NCBI GenBank assembly: GCA_020536535.1
Contig: JAHLWZ010000794.1
Span: 1 to 64,000 of the forward strand
Direction of reading: 5' to 3'
DNA: 64,000 nt
DNA from: Pelomyxa schiedti
Lineage: Eukaryota > Protista > Evosea
Shown: in pieces, positions 21,301-33,201 of the stretch
How the letters are laid out: every line of letters starts with the position of its first letter
Position numbering within the stretch: position 1 is the first letter of the stretch
The notes under the pieces: model-generated
Told to the model about the DNA's origin: nothing
The model's input: the letters and a program-made list of their open reading frames with translations, nothing else
Databases searched by the model: none
Position numbers and translations under genes: made by a program

Positions 21301-23731
21301 TTACGTTGTGAAAGTACCTACACATGTTAATTTTTTTTTGCCTTCTGTGCCATTAATGGACACGTACATCTGCCACGCGACAAGAAGGAAGTACAGATGT
21401 AACAAGCTGAACGTTGGGGGGTAGCTGCAAAGGCAACCAATGAAGCTCATGAGAGTTATCTCTGTATATAAAAGGTTAAGTTCTGCAAGAAAGGAGCAGG
21501 CACACTTTTCATCAAGTTGGTTTAGAGCATCAATTACAAGAAGCATTCCACCTTTCGTCGATGCGCCCAGCAAAATCGAGGGAAGAAGAGCCGACAACCC
21601 TTGGTAGTTATTTAGCTTTGGTTTTGATTGGAAGTCTACCTTCAGTGTCATTTGGTAATTCAACACTGGGAAGATTGAAATTGTCAATGATTTCCGTTAT
21701 AAGACGACACAGCATTCTTCCTGTGAAGGTGTCAAAGGAACCCTATTGAATGTACTTGCCTAAATCAGTACTCAAGCTGCTGCACCCAATGTAGTGTGAT
21801 AGGACAAATGTTTCTGGGTTCTCTTTTTCGAATCGAGAAACATAGTTACATAGAAGGGCACTTTTTCCACTTCCAGAGCTCCCAATGACAACAATTGGAG
21901 TGGGGTGTGAATTCTATTCCTGGTGAAAATAACGTTCACCCACATAGAGGAGATACCTGAGCCTGAGTGGCAATGAAGCAGTTAAGTTGGAAAAGGTAAT
22001 GTGCACCACCAACGTAAACTCTGGCTCTTGACAAAGCAAATGCATTATGTACTTGCCGTTCTCTTTCCAGAGGAGAAGGTGAAGAGTCTTCGGGAAAGTC
22101 CCTGTGATCAGGTAAGACATTGGGTAAATACAGGGAGTAAACATGTCAAGAAGATTCATGACTTGCTCACATAAAATACATTCCAAATTGTAAGGTTCAT
22201 TGTAGTTATGAATATTTGTAGGTAATTGTTGTTGAATTGTATCCTTGTGGCAGTGATTACAGCGTGAAGGGGACAAGGGGGTTACCTTCAATTTTCTCAC
22301 TTTTGATAATACAGCAGGGCTGGTTTCCTCATAATCTGGACCTCTTCCTTTTGCATAGGCTGGATTTCGGAAGAAAAAGTGGGTGTGGTCAATATTGACA
22401 GCTCTGCCTCCTGATTTATTCAAAACTACAAGTCTTAGTCCCAGATAAAAAAGGGCAACCCCTCACTAGCATGGCGTATCTCGAGTTCAGTGATACTCCT
22501 GTCAGTGAAATTCATCACCCAAGGGAATTGAGCACTGGCATGTGCAAATGTTTTTGTCAATAAAGGGTCTGTAATGAATGGAAGGTTTAACTTGGCACGT
22601 TAGGCGAGGTGAACTGCCTTGGGAATTTTCAGGGTGACACCAACCATACCTCTCCCCCAAAATGCAGAAAAACCAGGGCCTGCAACGATCAACTGTAGGT
22701 TTAACATCGGAAAGTAATTTGTGAGACCAATTTCTACCCAAGGAAAAAGACCTTCATTAAGGCAAATGGAAAGGGTGTTTCCTGAAAGTGATTGCTCTGT
22801 CGTGATTCCCCAACGAAGATCAACCTGTTGGAAGTGAGCGACCTTACAGTCCTAAAATCATACTTCGCAAATAGTAACGCCTCTCTTGGCACAAGCCTTC
22901 CTAATTGTTGGCATTACTCTTTTGATGATGATTTCCCTCTCAGTAGCCATATCCTTGAAAGTGCTGCTGATAAACACTCTTACACAGCGGTCTCCAACAG
23001 AGGATTGCCTGGATGAGCATTTCTTCCTTTCCACTGTGTGCGAGTCATTCAGTCCATTGAGTGGAACTGGAGGAGTGGCGTATTCGAGAATTGCTGCCCT
23101 TTCAAAGGCTGACAGAAGAGCTTCATCACTGTCATGCTCGTGTTCATTTTCAACACTGTGCTTTTTGAGGCATGAGACTCTTATGTGAGAATATTCATTC
23201 TGTTTACCACGACACGAACGCGGGATGAAGAAAGTGAAGTCAACAAAGATTGTTGTTGCTGAAAATAAGCCTCTCTCTCCGTGTCGGCACCAGAACCACT
23301 AATCTCTTTTTGAATGGAAAAATCAGACACAGAGGAAAGGGATAAGTGGGAAAACCAGTGGTAACTTCGTGAAGAAGAGCTCCGGTTCTTTCCTCTTCAT
23401 CCACAGAATTTTCTTTTCTTTTTCCTTGGTTGTTTGCTACAGCCACATAATGCCCAAACAGAGATACACCTTTTCCTTCACTTTTTAAGCCCTGCACATT
23501 TTGTGCTTGTAATGGTTCTGCCACTTCAGCAAATATATCAGGCTCTGAAATTGATGGCACTGGATCAGGCACAGGAACTTCCACACAAGAATTCTGCAGT
23601 TCCTCTGAAGGCGGAATGACAGGTGTATCCTCTGGTGACTGCACAAAGTCAACAGCTGCTGAAAACATCTTCCTTGCAGCACCACTGAGAACACCACCCA
23701 ATCCCTTTTTCCTTGGCACGAAATCCAACAT
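18309..23731 (-). CDS. DUF4062-NACHT-TPR protein (nephrocystin-3/TEP1-like architecture)
   Basis: DLRWGIT, DRCRPWFFCILGERYGW, SITELEI, Walker A GSSGSGKSALL, Walker B LLVIDALNQL, and many kinesin-light-chain-type TPRs (GPNHPDVA, HPDIALTLNDMAVL). Start codon tentative. Confidence 0.88.
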
Positions 23732-24627
23732 GTCCCTGTGACTCAAAGAACAAGCTTCCACATTTTGTGCACAAATGAAATCCAGCGGTTCCCTGTGTGG
23801 CAATGACGCAAGCCTCTCTTGCCCCCTCGATCGCTATTAATAGTGGTGAGAATAATGAGTGGCAATTTTATGCGGTGTTTAAGCAAAACAACTCACCGTG
23901 CTGTCAATTGTCAGGGGGTCGTTGAATGTAAGTTCGAAGGCTTCCTGCTGAATCCGTCAGTCAAAAAAAGGAAGGAAACAAAAAAAGGTAGAGGGGTGCC
24001 GTTGCCATTCAACCGCCACCAGAATGTTTCTTTTAGCAGATCTGATGAGATGTTTGGAAGGGTCTCAATCTACCTGGCGGGATTAAAAAACACCAGACCG
24101 CCGATCCTGAGCGACGATAACGAAAATGACATCGTTCCGGTCTGTTGATTATTTTATTCAGCCACATGGCTGATACAATAATCAAGTTTGGGGGTCAAAC
24201 CAACTCTACCCAAAAAACACAAGAAAATTCTGGATCTAGTCCAGATGGTGTCAAAATCGTGTCGAACCAGGGGGAGAAGGTAGTGCAGAGCTGTGAGCAG
24301 TGTTTCCCTTGGTTCCCAGTGAAAAAGGAGGCACTGGGACTGAGGAAACCCAAAAAGTGGCGGTAACCGGATGGGTGCCGGAAAAAAAAAGTACAATTTT
24401 CTGGCACCCAGACCAGATTGTATCATTCTCCTAAATTGATTACAAAAAACCTGTTTGATTGAGGGCAAACTGTTGTGGATGTGGTAGTGCATAAGAAGTT
24501 GTGGTATGATGGTTTCGAGGTCTAACACACATCCACAGTCACCATTGTCCCAAAAAAAGACATTGGTTTCACATTTCGACACCTTTGACACCCCAAATCC
24601 TCCTCCACCAACGTTTTCTTCTGAAAA

Positions 24628-24882
24628 TTGGAATTTCACAAGGGGTAATCTCTTCTCTGGTGAAGCAAGACCATACATTTTATGCATCAACTCAGAAAGA
24701 GAAGATTGTGCACAAATTAACTGAAGGTGTACTCAGGGCAGCTGCTGTTTATGACCAGCTGAAAGCAGTTGAAAAAAAGTTGTTGTTTTGTCATTGAAGA
24801 ACAGAGTTTATTTTCTGAGTTGTTGCATAAAATGTATGGTCTTGCTTTACCAGAGAAGAGATTACCCCTTGTGGAATTCCAA
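24628..24882. repeat. Inverted repeat, 71-bp arms, ~113-bp spacer
   Basis: 24628-24698 is the reverse complement of 24812-24882 with 3 mismatches. The ORF track shows the same peptide on both strands. Confidence 0.95.
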
Positions 24883-26610
24883 AACACAGTTCCTCTTGCT
24901 GTGTTGGTACCAATAGCTCCAGCACCTCTAAGAGATGACATACAACTCCTACAAACATGTGGTGTTCAAGAAGGACCTCAAACTCCACCTTCCATGACAA
25001 CCACAACAACCTCAGTGCTAAAACCACCAAAAAAGGGTAGGTACCACAGTTTTTTTTTTTTGTTTTAACTGCTTATAGCATATCTGGGGATTTCTCATTT
25101 CCTTTTTGAATTGCTGCAATGCATCTCACTGACACAGACTTACAGATTGCAGGAAAGTCATCTGCAAATGCATGAAGAAAAGCCATTTCTGACTGGGCTG
25201 CAAAAACTGGAAACATGGAAACAACAAAAACAGCTGTGGCTTCTCTCAAAGAAAAGCAAGCACAAGCTGTTCCTCAGCAACAGCCACGCAAACACAGACC
25301 TTCAGCTTCACAAGTGGCACCCATTCCCAAGGAGACTGCCACAGCACCTCAGCCAAAACGACCCCGAAAGCGTTAAAACCTTGGCTCCGACCACATGTTA
25401 GTAACAGATTTCGCAGAATGGTACAATCTACAGCGTTGTGTCAAAAAATCGAAATTGTCGCATCGTTGTGTCAAAAACCAAGAAATTGGAGTTATTTGAC
25501 CCCCAAAGTTTGCTTACAGCATTGCCCTGCGTGCCACGTCTTTAAACACATCGGATGGATCTTGCATCGATATTGGTTTTTTTTGATGGGTGAGATGGCG
25601 CAAACAGCAGCAACGACAACTACAGGGCCACTGACGAAGATTACTGGGTGCTACATAGCCAGTCTTTTGATCCTCTGAATGGGCTCAGTTCGTGGAGGAG
25701 CACATTGAAGGAGGCTGCTTCAGAGGGGGCCGTTTCTGCATTGATGAACATCCCCGTGAGACAGATAGAAGGGCTCATGCAGAACATGATGAACCACGGT
25801 CGGCCTAGCAGGCAACAAAGATCAACACTCAACAGGGTGCCGCCCCGCGGGGCTCACACCAAACACAACCCCGTTACAAGGACAGCAGGGCGGCCCATTG
25901 TCATCACCACACCCCCACCACCACCTTGCACTTACACGCAAGTGGTACAGTGGCAGGGAGCTTCTGCTGCTGCGCCCCAGGCCCAATCACAGTTGCTGCA
26001 ACAACTCAATCATCTGGTACAACTACACATCTAAAGTTACATCTGGAGAACTGTGAACCTTTCTTAGCATCACCTACAGGTACCAAAAGTGTTTTACTTA
26101 TCTCATACAAAAAAAAGGTGCCAAAATGATAACTTTAGGACTTTCCCCCAAGAATTTTAAAGTTGTTTGTACCTTTTTCTTCTGTTGTGACTTATTCCTC
26201 ACAGTGCCACTGCAGAGACGAGCCGCCAAAATATATTACATGAAATTCAGCAACAGTTTTCTTTGAGTGCTAATACTGATCTGAATAGAATAACAAAAGC
26301 TGCCTTATGTTTAGATCCTCATACGAAAGACCTAGTTTTCTGCTATGAGGAATTGAAACAGGTTGAAATTTGTTCTCCATTGCTTATTGAACCTTTTTAG
26401 AATTGTTACAAGGCCTTAGAGCAGACTTTGAATCTTAAGTCCGCCGATGTTGCGACCATGATCCCGGAAGCAGAAAAAGCACCACACCTTCCTGATGCCT
26501 CCCTCAACTTTGTGGATCAAATGAAACGGGTACTGTCTCCTTTTTCTTTAAATCTGATAATTTTTGCAGGTGCTCAAAAACCTGGACAAAGGGTGGCAGT
26601 GGAACAAATA

Positions 26611-26687
26611 ACTTTGTGTCTTCAGCGGAGGTTTTCAACTGTGGCAAAAGTTGCCTGAGTTGAAAACCTCCACTGAAGACACACAGT
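26611..26687. repeat. Hairpin, 30-bp arms
   Basis: 26611-26640 matches 26658-26687 with 2 mismatches. The loop itself contains GGCAA-AAG-TTGCC. Confidence 0.9.
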
Positions 26688-26706
26688 CATTGTATAAAGC
26701 TAGAAC

Positions 26707-26730
26707 CTTGTGTCAAGGCTTTGACACAAG
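26707..26730. repeat. Short perfect hairpin
   Basis: CTTGTGTCAA-GGCT-TTGACACAAG. Confidence 0.8.
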
Positions 26731-27693
26731 AAATCTTAGTTATGTCAGCAACTAACTACTTGTACTGTGAACGACAGGGTAAAAGGAGAAAAAAATGGTT
26801 TCCAAGTTGAAACGAATATCGAACTTTAAATAAGGTTTTTTTTTTCGAATAGGATTTTTGGCTATTCGATATTCCGCTTTGGTGGGTAGTTCTACGCAGA
26901 ACAATTGGTTCGAGGGCCAAGAGTGTGTACCAACAGGTGCGACAAGAAGTCACTTGTGTTCTGTACAAAACTGCTTAAGTAAAAGAAAGAAAAAGTGAAC
27001 AAGCAAACCTGATCTATTCTAATGAACACCTCTCAAGTGAGCATAGAAAACCAAGTCGCGCATATGTATTCATTCGTAACACTAAAAACCAGTTAGGATG
27101 AAAGATTAAACACACAACTACCTTGGGCGAAAAGGTCAAGATGCAACTGTACTAAGAAGATTATAAATGCCATGATGCCACGCGCCGCGCCGGCTGAATG
27201 AGAAAAAAAAAAAAAAAAAAACATAAAAAACAAAAAGGCAAACAGTGGGGCACGGGATCGGCTACAGCAGCCAGGCCTATAGGTCAAGCGCGGAAGTCAG
27301 TGACCGAGCCAAGGGGATACATCAAGTGTTCCCCTTGTTATATAGCTCGCGTTGAGCAGCTCAGCCCCAGCAGCCAGGCACATTGACCAGGCGGAAGTCA
27401 GTAGCCGGGGCCCCACACTCAGTAAAAAACGAATAAAATGAAAAGCGAAAAAAAAAAAATGTGCCTGAATATTCCCATCCGCGTAGTTGTTTCGAGGGAC
27501 CTTGGTGTTGTGGAAGTAAACATAGAAAACCACCCCAAACCTTCAAAAAGAGAGAGAAATGAAGGGGAAAAAAAAAAGCATGAAACACTGTCTGAGTGCG
27601 GTGTGATGAAAAGGCAACTGCAGCTCCATGGTCCAGGTTTTCGCATAAGTACAAGGCACCGGGGCTAAGAAAAAAAACCTACAGGAGACAGCG

Positions 27694-29120
27694 ATGCTGC
27701 GAGCGAGTAGGAGGGAACTGCGACCTCTGACTTGGCAATTCTTTTCCATCCTCAACGAGCCCTGCTACTACAGGGCTGTAGGGACCAGGACCAGGAACAA
27801 AATACTCAAGAGCACCCACATCACCACACTAATTATTAAAAAGGAGTTCCCAAGGCAGGCAACAGAAGCACAGGTTCGCTTTTGGCAGCAGCAGAGCCTC
27901 AGCTCCGATTACCACAAGGTGGGTGAGGGTATGTTCGCAGCCATGCAGAGGAACACGGAGGTGCCAGAGGGCATCCCTCGTGACAGGGTGTGGGTGGCAT
28001 GGTGCAGGTCTGACGAGCTGCACAAGAGGTGTTCCTTCAAAGCCATTCTCAAGCAACTTGGCCGCTCCACAGGCTCAGGAAAAATGGTGTGTCTGTGTAT
28101 GGTGGTCATGATTTCAAAAATTATCCATAGTCTCTCTTCTCCCCTGTAAGGAAATAACTGCATTGACAGAAGAAAACTTCAGTGACAAAAGAAGAGCAAG
28201 AGAAAGAACGCAACTTTGAAAGAGTACACCCAGACCCGTCCTTAATGTGGGAACTGAGCAGCACCCCCATCATTCTCGAGGGTGACCTCATTCCCCCACC
28301 AAAGGTACTAGATCACCAAACTACTACTATTATTACGTTGACATCACCACTCCATCTCTCATCAGCTCCCAATCTTGTCTGATTTTGAGAACATGGGCCT
28401 GTCCCGTGATTTGTCAAAGATCAAGGACACGGTTTGTTTTGTTTATCCCTTCAGTTCCTGTCACTCAGTTCCATTCCACCCACAGGAGGATTCTGAGGAA
28501 GAAGATACCGTTGCAACGAAGCAAAAGCCTGATGCAAAACCACCACATGATGTAGTCCACTTCCACTCAGCCTGGAAACTGGTGTGTACTCCCTGCTGCT
28601 GTCTCTTTGTAATACTTTCAACAGATTTTGAGGCTATTGTCTCCGGTTTCTTTGAGAGAATGAGGGGTGTGTGCAAGGGACTCCTGGAGCTTGTTAAGTC
28701 TCTGGAAAGAGCGTTCTGGGGTAAGCTGCAACACGATTTCTGCAACCCCAGGGACCGCCAATACTACATGAAGGTGAAGAACCAACTCCGTGCCGTTCGG
28801 GCTGCAAAAATGACAATAAACTGCTCACCTGCCTCAAGATAGTGCGCGAACTCGAGGTATATGGAGGATTCATTGCCAAGTGACTTGATATACACTGCAC
28901 CACTGGTCAAAAACCCACGCGCGCGACACTTTGGCCAGCCATCATCAGCACCGTGAAAGGGGTCGTGAGGGCCAACACCCGCCCAGACACACAGCTCATC
29001 GTGCACCACTGCCCCCAGGAAATGGTCGGCAACGTCATCGACGCCGTGATGTCGGGCCGGGGAGCCCAGCAACATCAGCCTGCTCATCATCATCAGTGAC
29101 AACCAAATCACATTCCCCCC
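27694..29120 (+). pseudogene. Spliced unknown gene, apparently disrupted at the 3' end
   Basis: Exon-like ORFs 27694-28087, ~28170-28304, ~28364-28431 and ~28486-28842 with GT-AG introns. Downstream frames break and run into the inverted duplication. Confidence 0.4.
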
Positions 29121-29247
29121 TGGACTCGGGCGGGAGAGGGTGGAAGCCAGGGGGGAATGTGATTTGGTTGTCGCCGATGATGATGAGCAGGCTGATGTTG
29201 CTGGGCTCCCCGGCCCGACATCACGGTGTCGATGATGTTGCCGACCA
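29023..29247. repeat. Inverted repeat, 101-bp arms, 23-nt loop
   Basis: 29023-29123 is the reverse complement of 29147-29247 with 4 mismatches. Confidence 0.97.
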
Positions 29248-30578
29248 CGACAGATCGTGCTGCTTCATGACCGACTCCCTCACAGTCAACAAAAACACAC
29301 CACCACAGGCTCCCACCCACGCCCGCGCCCTGGCCCCTGCCCCCACTATCAACAACGGCCTGAGGGTCACGGGGAAGAGGTTGGCGCCGGGGACACCCCC
29401 TCGTGTGCTCTTGCCCCCACCAACCACATCCACAAACGGTGCCCCTGTTGAAAACAATCGCCGCCGTAGACTGTCGTGATGTCCCGTTCACTCTGCACAA
29501 CATGGGAAAAAAAAAAAGAAAATTTGTTGTTGTTCTGGTTTCTTGGTTCGTTTCCTCTGAGAACTGAGCCCCTGCGTATTACGTCGGGGTATCGGTTGCT
29601 GTTGGAGTGGCGTGGCAAGTCATGACATTCTGTTTTTGATAATTGCATTTCGCATTGAATTGCAGAGTGGGCCGTTATGAGTATAGCACCGACGAGTGTT
29701 TGGGCTGTGGGTCATTTGCATGTGGTTTACTCCAGGTACAAGGGATATGGAAACGGCCTGTAGCCATCAAAGGTACTATAAATGTTCTACCTATGTATGT
29801 ATTATGTCGCTTTTGTTTTTGAAGGTCATAATTCAGTTGGTGCTTCCCTGTCCCACCATTAATGGGTCTCTCATGCGATCTTGTTACGCAGTGCACAACC
29901 ATTTTATAAGGAAAGGTAAAAAACCCCTACTAGTGATAAGAAACACTTACTCACGTGTAACCAACTCCGTTGCAGTGTAGATCCTTCTGCTTCCTCACGC
30001 TGTCTCTCCACCTGACGGAATATATCCCCGACCATGGTTGGGCTGTCTTCTCAGCTGGACAGTGGAAGAGAGCAGAAATCAAATCCAACAAGTGCTGCAA
30101 AGACAGCAATTGGGAGCAATGGAGAGGTTACTGATGTGGTTAGTGGGAAAAACATCGCTTGCACCCGCACAGCAATGTTTGCTTGAGAAACCTGGTGATG
30201 TGGCCACTCTGGTCTCGCAGAGCAAAGTCTCCCGCTCTGTGAACCCGGGGCAGATTCGCTCCGATGTCACTGGCCATTACACATGGGCACAGATGCATTG
30301 CCGATTTGCTGCTGTGCCATGGTGTTTCCCCTCCCGAATCCGCACCAGAATGGAAACACAAGCTGTCCCCGTGGTGGTTCAAGGTTCGCATCCTCATCAA
30401 ACACACACCACTCAGGATCAACAAACAACATCATGATCACAACCAGGCCTGGTTGCTCAAAACCAATTGAATTACCCTACAATCACAACAATATCTTTTA
30501 CGTTTAATTGTTCAAACACCACGCGTGGCTGCTGCGACACGAGATCTCAACAATAAGACCCATCTGCGTACAATCCAC

Positions 30579-31985
30579 ATGTCATTATCAGCAGCGATTG
30601 CGGTGGTGTTGGGCACGTGGGTTACGCCAGCGATTATCGCTTCAGTTGTCGCTCTCATTTGCGGGTGGTGGTGTGCCGTTGATCTCTATCTCGGGCGCCG
30701 CGCGCTCGGTGTGCGTTGGGGCTACTGCCGGCAAAAACCGATAATGGGAGGAGGCGCCTCTCGAGGTGTGGGAGGAGGGGATAAAAACCAGCCGCGTTTC
30801 GCGTCGATGTATGCGGCGATGAGGGGGACCCCGCCATGCGCGACGAGAAAACCAATTGTGGGAATTTTGACCGCTCCACTGTGTGAAGAAAACCCGAGCA
30901 AAGGGTCGTTCTTCAGGGGTATGATATGAGAAAAAAGCCAAGCAAGGGCGATTCAGTAACATTACTCTATGCATTTTACTCAGAGACGTACGTTCAGTGG
31001 CTGGAGCAAGGAGGCTGCAGGGTTGCTGTCATTCCTTATGATGCCCCCTTTAAGGAACTGGAGCGCCTCTGGTCTGGGATTAACGGTTTGCTCTAAATTG
31101 CATCACGGCCTTCTTCTGAATCAATTGGTGTGGGTTTCAGGTGTTCTATTTACTGGAGGAGACCTGTCCTTGCTAGCGGACACTATCTACTTCAAAGCTG
31201 CCAAGTTCTTGTATGATTTGACTATGAAGGCTGCAGATCAAAGTAACCATTTCTTCATTCATTATCCCACTATCACTTGACCACAGGTGTTCAATGTCCA
31301 ATTTGGGGAACATGTATGGGCATGCAGCTGTTGAGCATTTTGGCTGCTGGAGATGACTCTGTTTTGGAGAGATATGGGTTCGATTCGCACGATGTTTGCA
31401 TGCCACTACACTTCACGGAAAACGCTGACAACAGTTTCTTATTTGGACAATCACCCCCTCACATCAAAGAAGCTTTTCGAACACAAAATGTAACTGCTAA
31501 CTTTCATCATGACGGAGTCACACCACAGGCGTACAACAGTGTGCTTGGCTACTTCACTGCACATTCACTTCTTACTTAATTCCAGCAAGCCAGAAACTCA
31601 GAGCAGTGTTCAACGTACTCTCCACGAATGTGGATATGAAGGGAAAAGAATTTGTCTCCACACTTGAAGGGAAGACAGCACCTTTGATTGCAGTCCAATG
31701 GCACCCGGAAAGGATCCAGGTTTTACTGTGCCCTCTCTGTGGTAAATTTAACAATAAACATTACTACAGTTTTCATGGGACCCCAAAGAACCTTGCCTTG
31801 TTCACACCTTTGAGGCAGTTGAATGCATGACCTACATTTCTCATCGTTTCGTGGAGCTAACCCGGCGTTGCCCTCACACATTCCCCACAGCCGAAGAGGA
31901 ACTCAAAGCCCTACGGTACAGACACACACCAATTCCAGGTCTCCATGGAACCTCCAAATACATTTTTCCACCATGGGAGAACTGA
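30579..31985 (+). CDS. GGH: Gamma-glutamyl hydrolase (peptidase C26)
   Basis: KPIVGILT, TYVQWLEQGGCRV, NGVLFTGG, PIWGTCMGMQLL, TANFHH, AVQWHPE. Hydrophobic N-terminus. Confidence 0.92.
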
Positions 31986-32207
31986 GAAAAACAATCCGAA
32001 TTCAATAAAAATCTTTGGTGCTTATTGTACATAAAACAAACGTAGTTAACTCTGGGGATTCAACAGGATTAAGGTCACCTGTTTGCTCCTACAACAACAA
32101 CAATCTTCTGCAAGTGTAATTAATTGATTGGGCATTCTTTTTTTATCTTTTGCGTTGGGCTTGGGTTTGTTTCTTTATTTTGTGTCATTTAAGGGTTTGA
32201 TTGAGTC

Positions 32208-33015
32208 TCAGAGGGAGTGGGTCTTGATGGTGAATTTACCTGTTGGGTGTATGTCAGTGTATGGAAAGATGCAGATATATGCCATACAAGTTGGGAGGGA
32301 TGTTGCATCAGCAGCAACGCTGCACATCACACCAAGGTTGGAGAGTGCACCCTTGATTACACCACAAAAGAAGGCAGTGTGCAGTGTAAGCATAGAAGTT
32401 CTAGTATTGGCAGAAGATGGGGAGCCTGGAGTAATGGCACTAGAAGTGGTTGGGGTGCTGGAAGGAAGGGTGCTGGTGGAGAGTGCTACAGGAGGTGTAG
32501 CCACAGGAGCGTCTGGCATAAAAGACATGTGCTTAAGTAGGGAAGAGTCCGTAATAACCCAGTGAGCCCCAGAGGGAGAGAACTCAGCTTCTTTCCTGTT
32601 GTGTTTGAGAAGGTGATATGTGAGCTACAACAGGAACCTGAAAGTAGCTGTCCAAAACTCTTTGGTTATAAATTTGAGTAATTCTGCATTATTGTGGAAG
32701 CGGGACTTTTCGCGCGTGATTCTTTGGCGTTTCAGCATTCAATTGCAAATGGATATAGATACCTCTCCACGATTTTTTCACCAACAGAGAATCCCATAGC
32801 GTCCAGTCTCTGAACAGGTGACCCAACTTCAGGGTGCGCTCCTGCTGTCCTTATAGCAAATTCTTGGTTACCCACACTTATTTACGGCCTCCCCAAACCC
32901 AGAACTCCACATATGACAGCACATCAATAAACCCTACGTACCTTACAGCATACGCCACCATTTCGGTGCACAAGTACTCAAACACGCTGCCGTTTCCCCA
33001 TTTCGCCGTAGCCAT
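32208..33015 (-). CDS. TRAPPC6: TRAPP complex subunit 6 (Trs33)
   Basis: VFEYLCTEMV, RLDAMGFSVGEKIVER, LKFITKEFWTATF, AFFCGVIKGALSNLGV...SLPTCKF. Confidence 0.88.
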
Positions 33016-33201
33016 CACCCCCAAGATTTTTATTCTTTAATGAATGAGATCTCCCAGCTAGCTTACACTTGACACTCTAAAGTGTCTAGCCCTGACACCT
33101 CAGCAGGGGAATTACTTATGTAAACTCCCGAAAGCCTGTGTACGGGTTGTCCAGGCGAGATTCAGCAAATCGATTATCAACTTTAATTCAAGCTCGTAGA
33201 C

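Larger units (their letters stand above)
25590..26790 (+). mobile_element. Degenerate hAT-like transposase remnant
   Basis: Fragments ITKAALCLDPHTKDL (cf. A..LDPR.K) and ALTQEILVMSAT...CER (cf. the hAT dimerisation motif LA..IL.IPATS..SER), interrupted by stops and frameshifts. Boundaries approximate. Confidence 0.5.

Noticed and set aside
29675-30507. Possible gene between the fold-back and GGH
   Set aside because: Overlapping short ORFs with no recognisable motif or consistent splice pattern.
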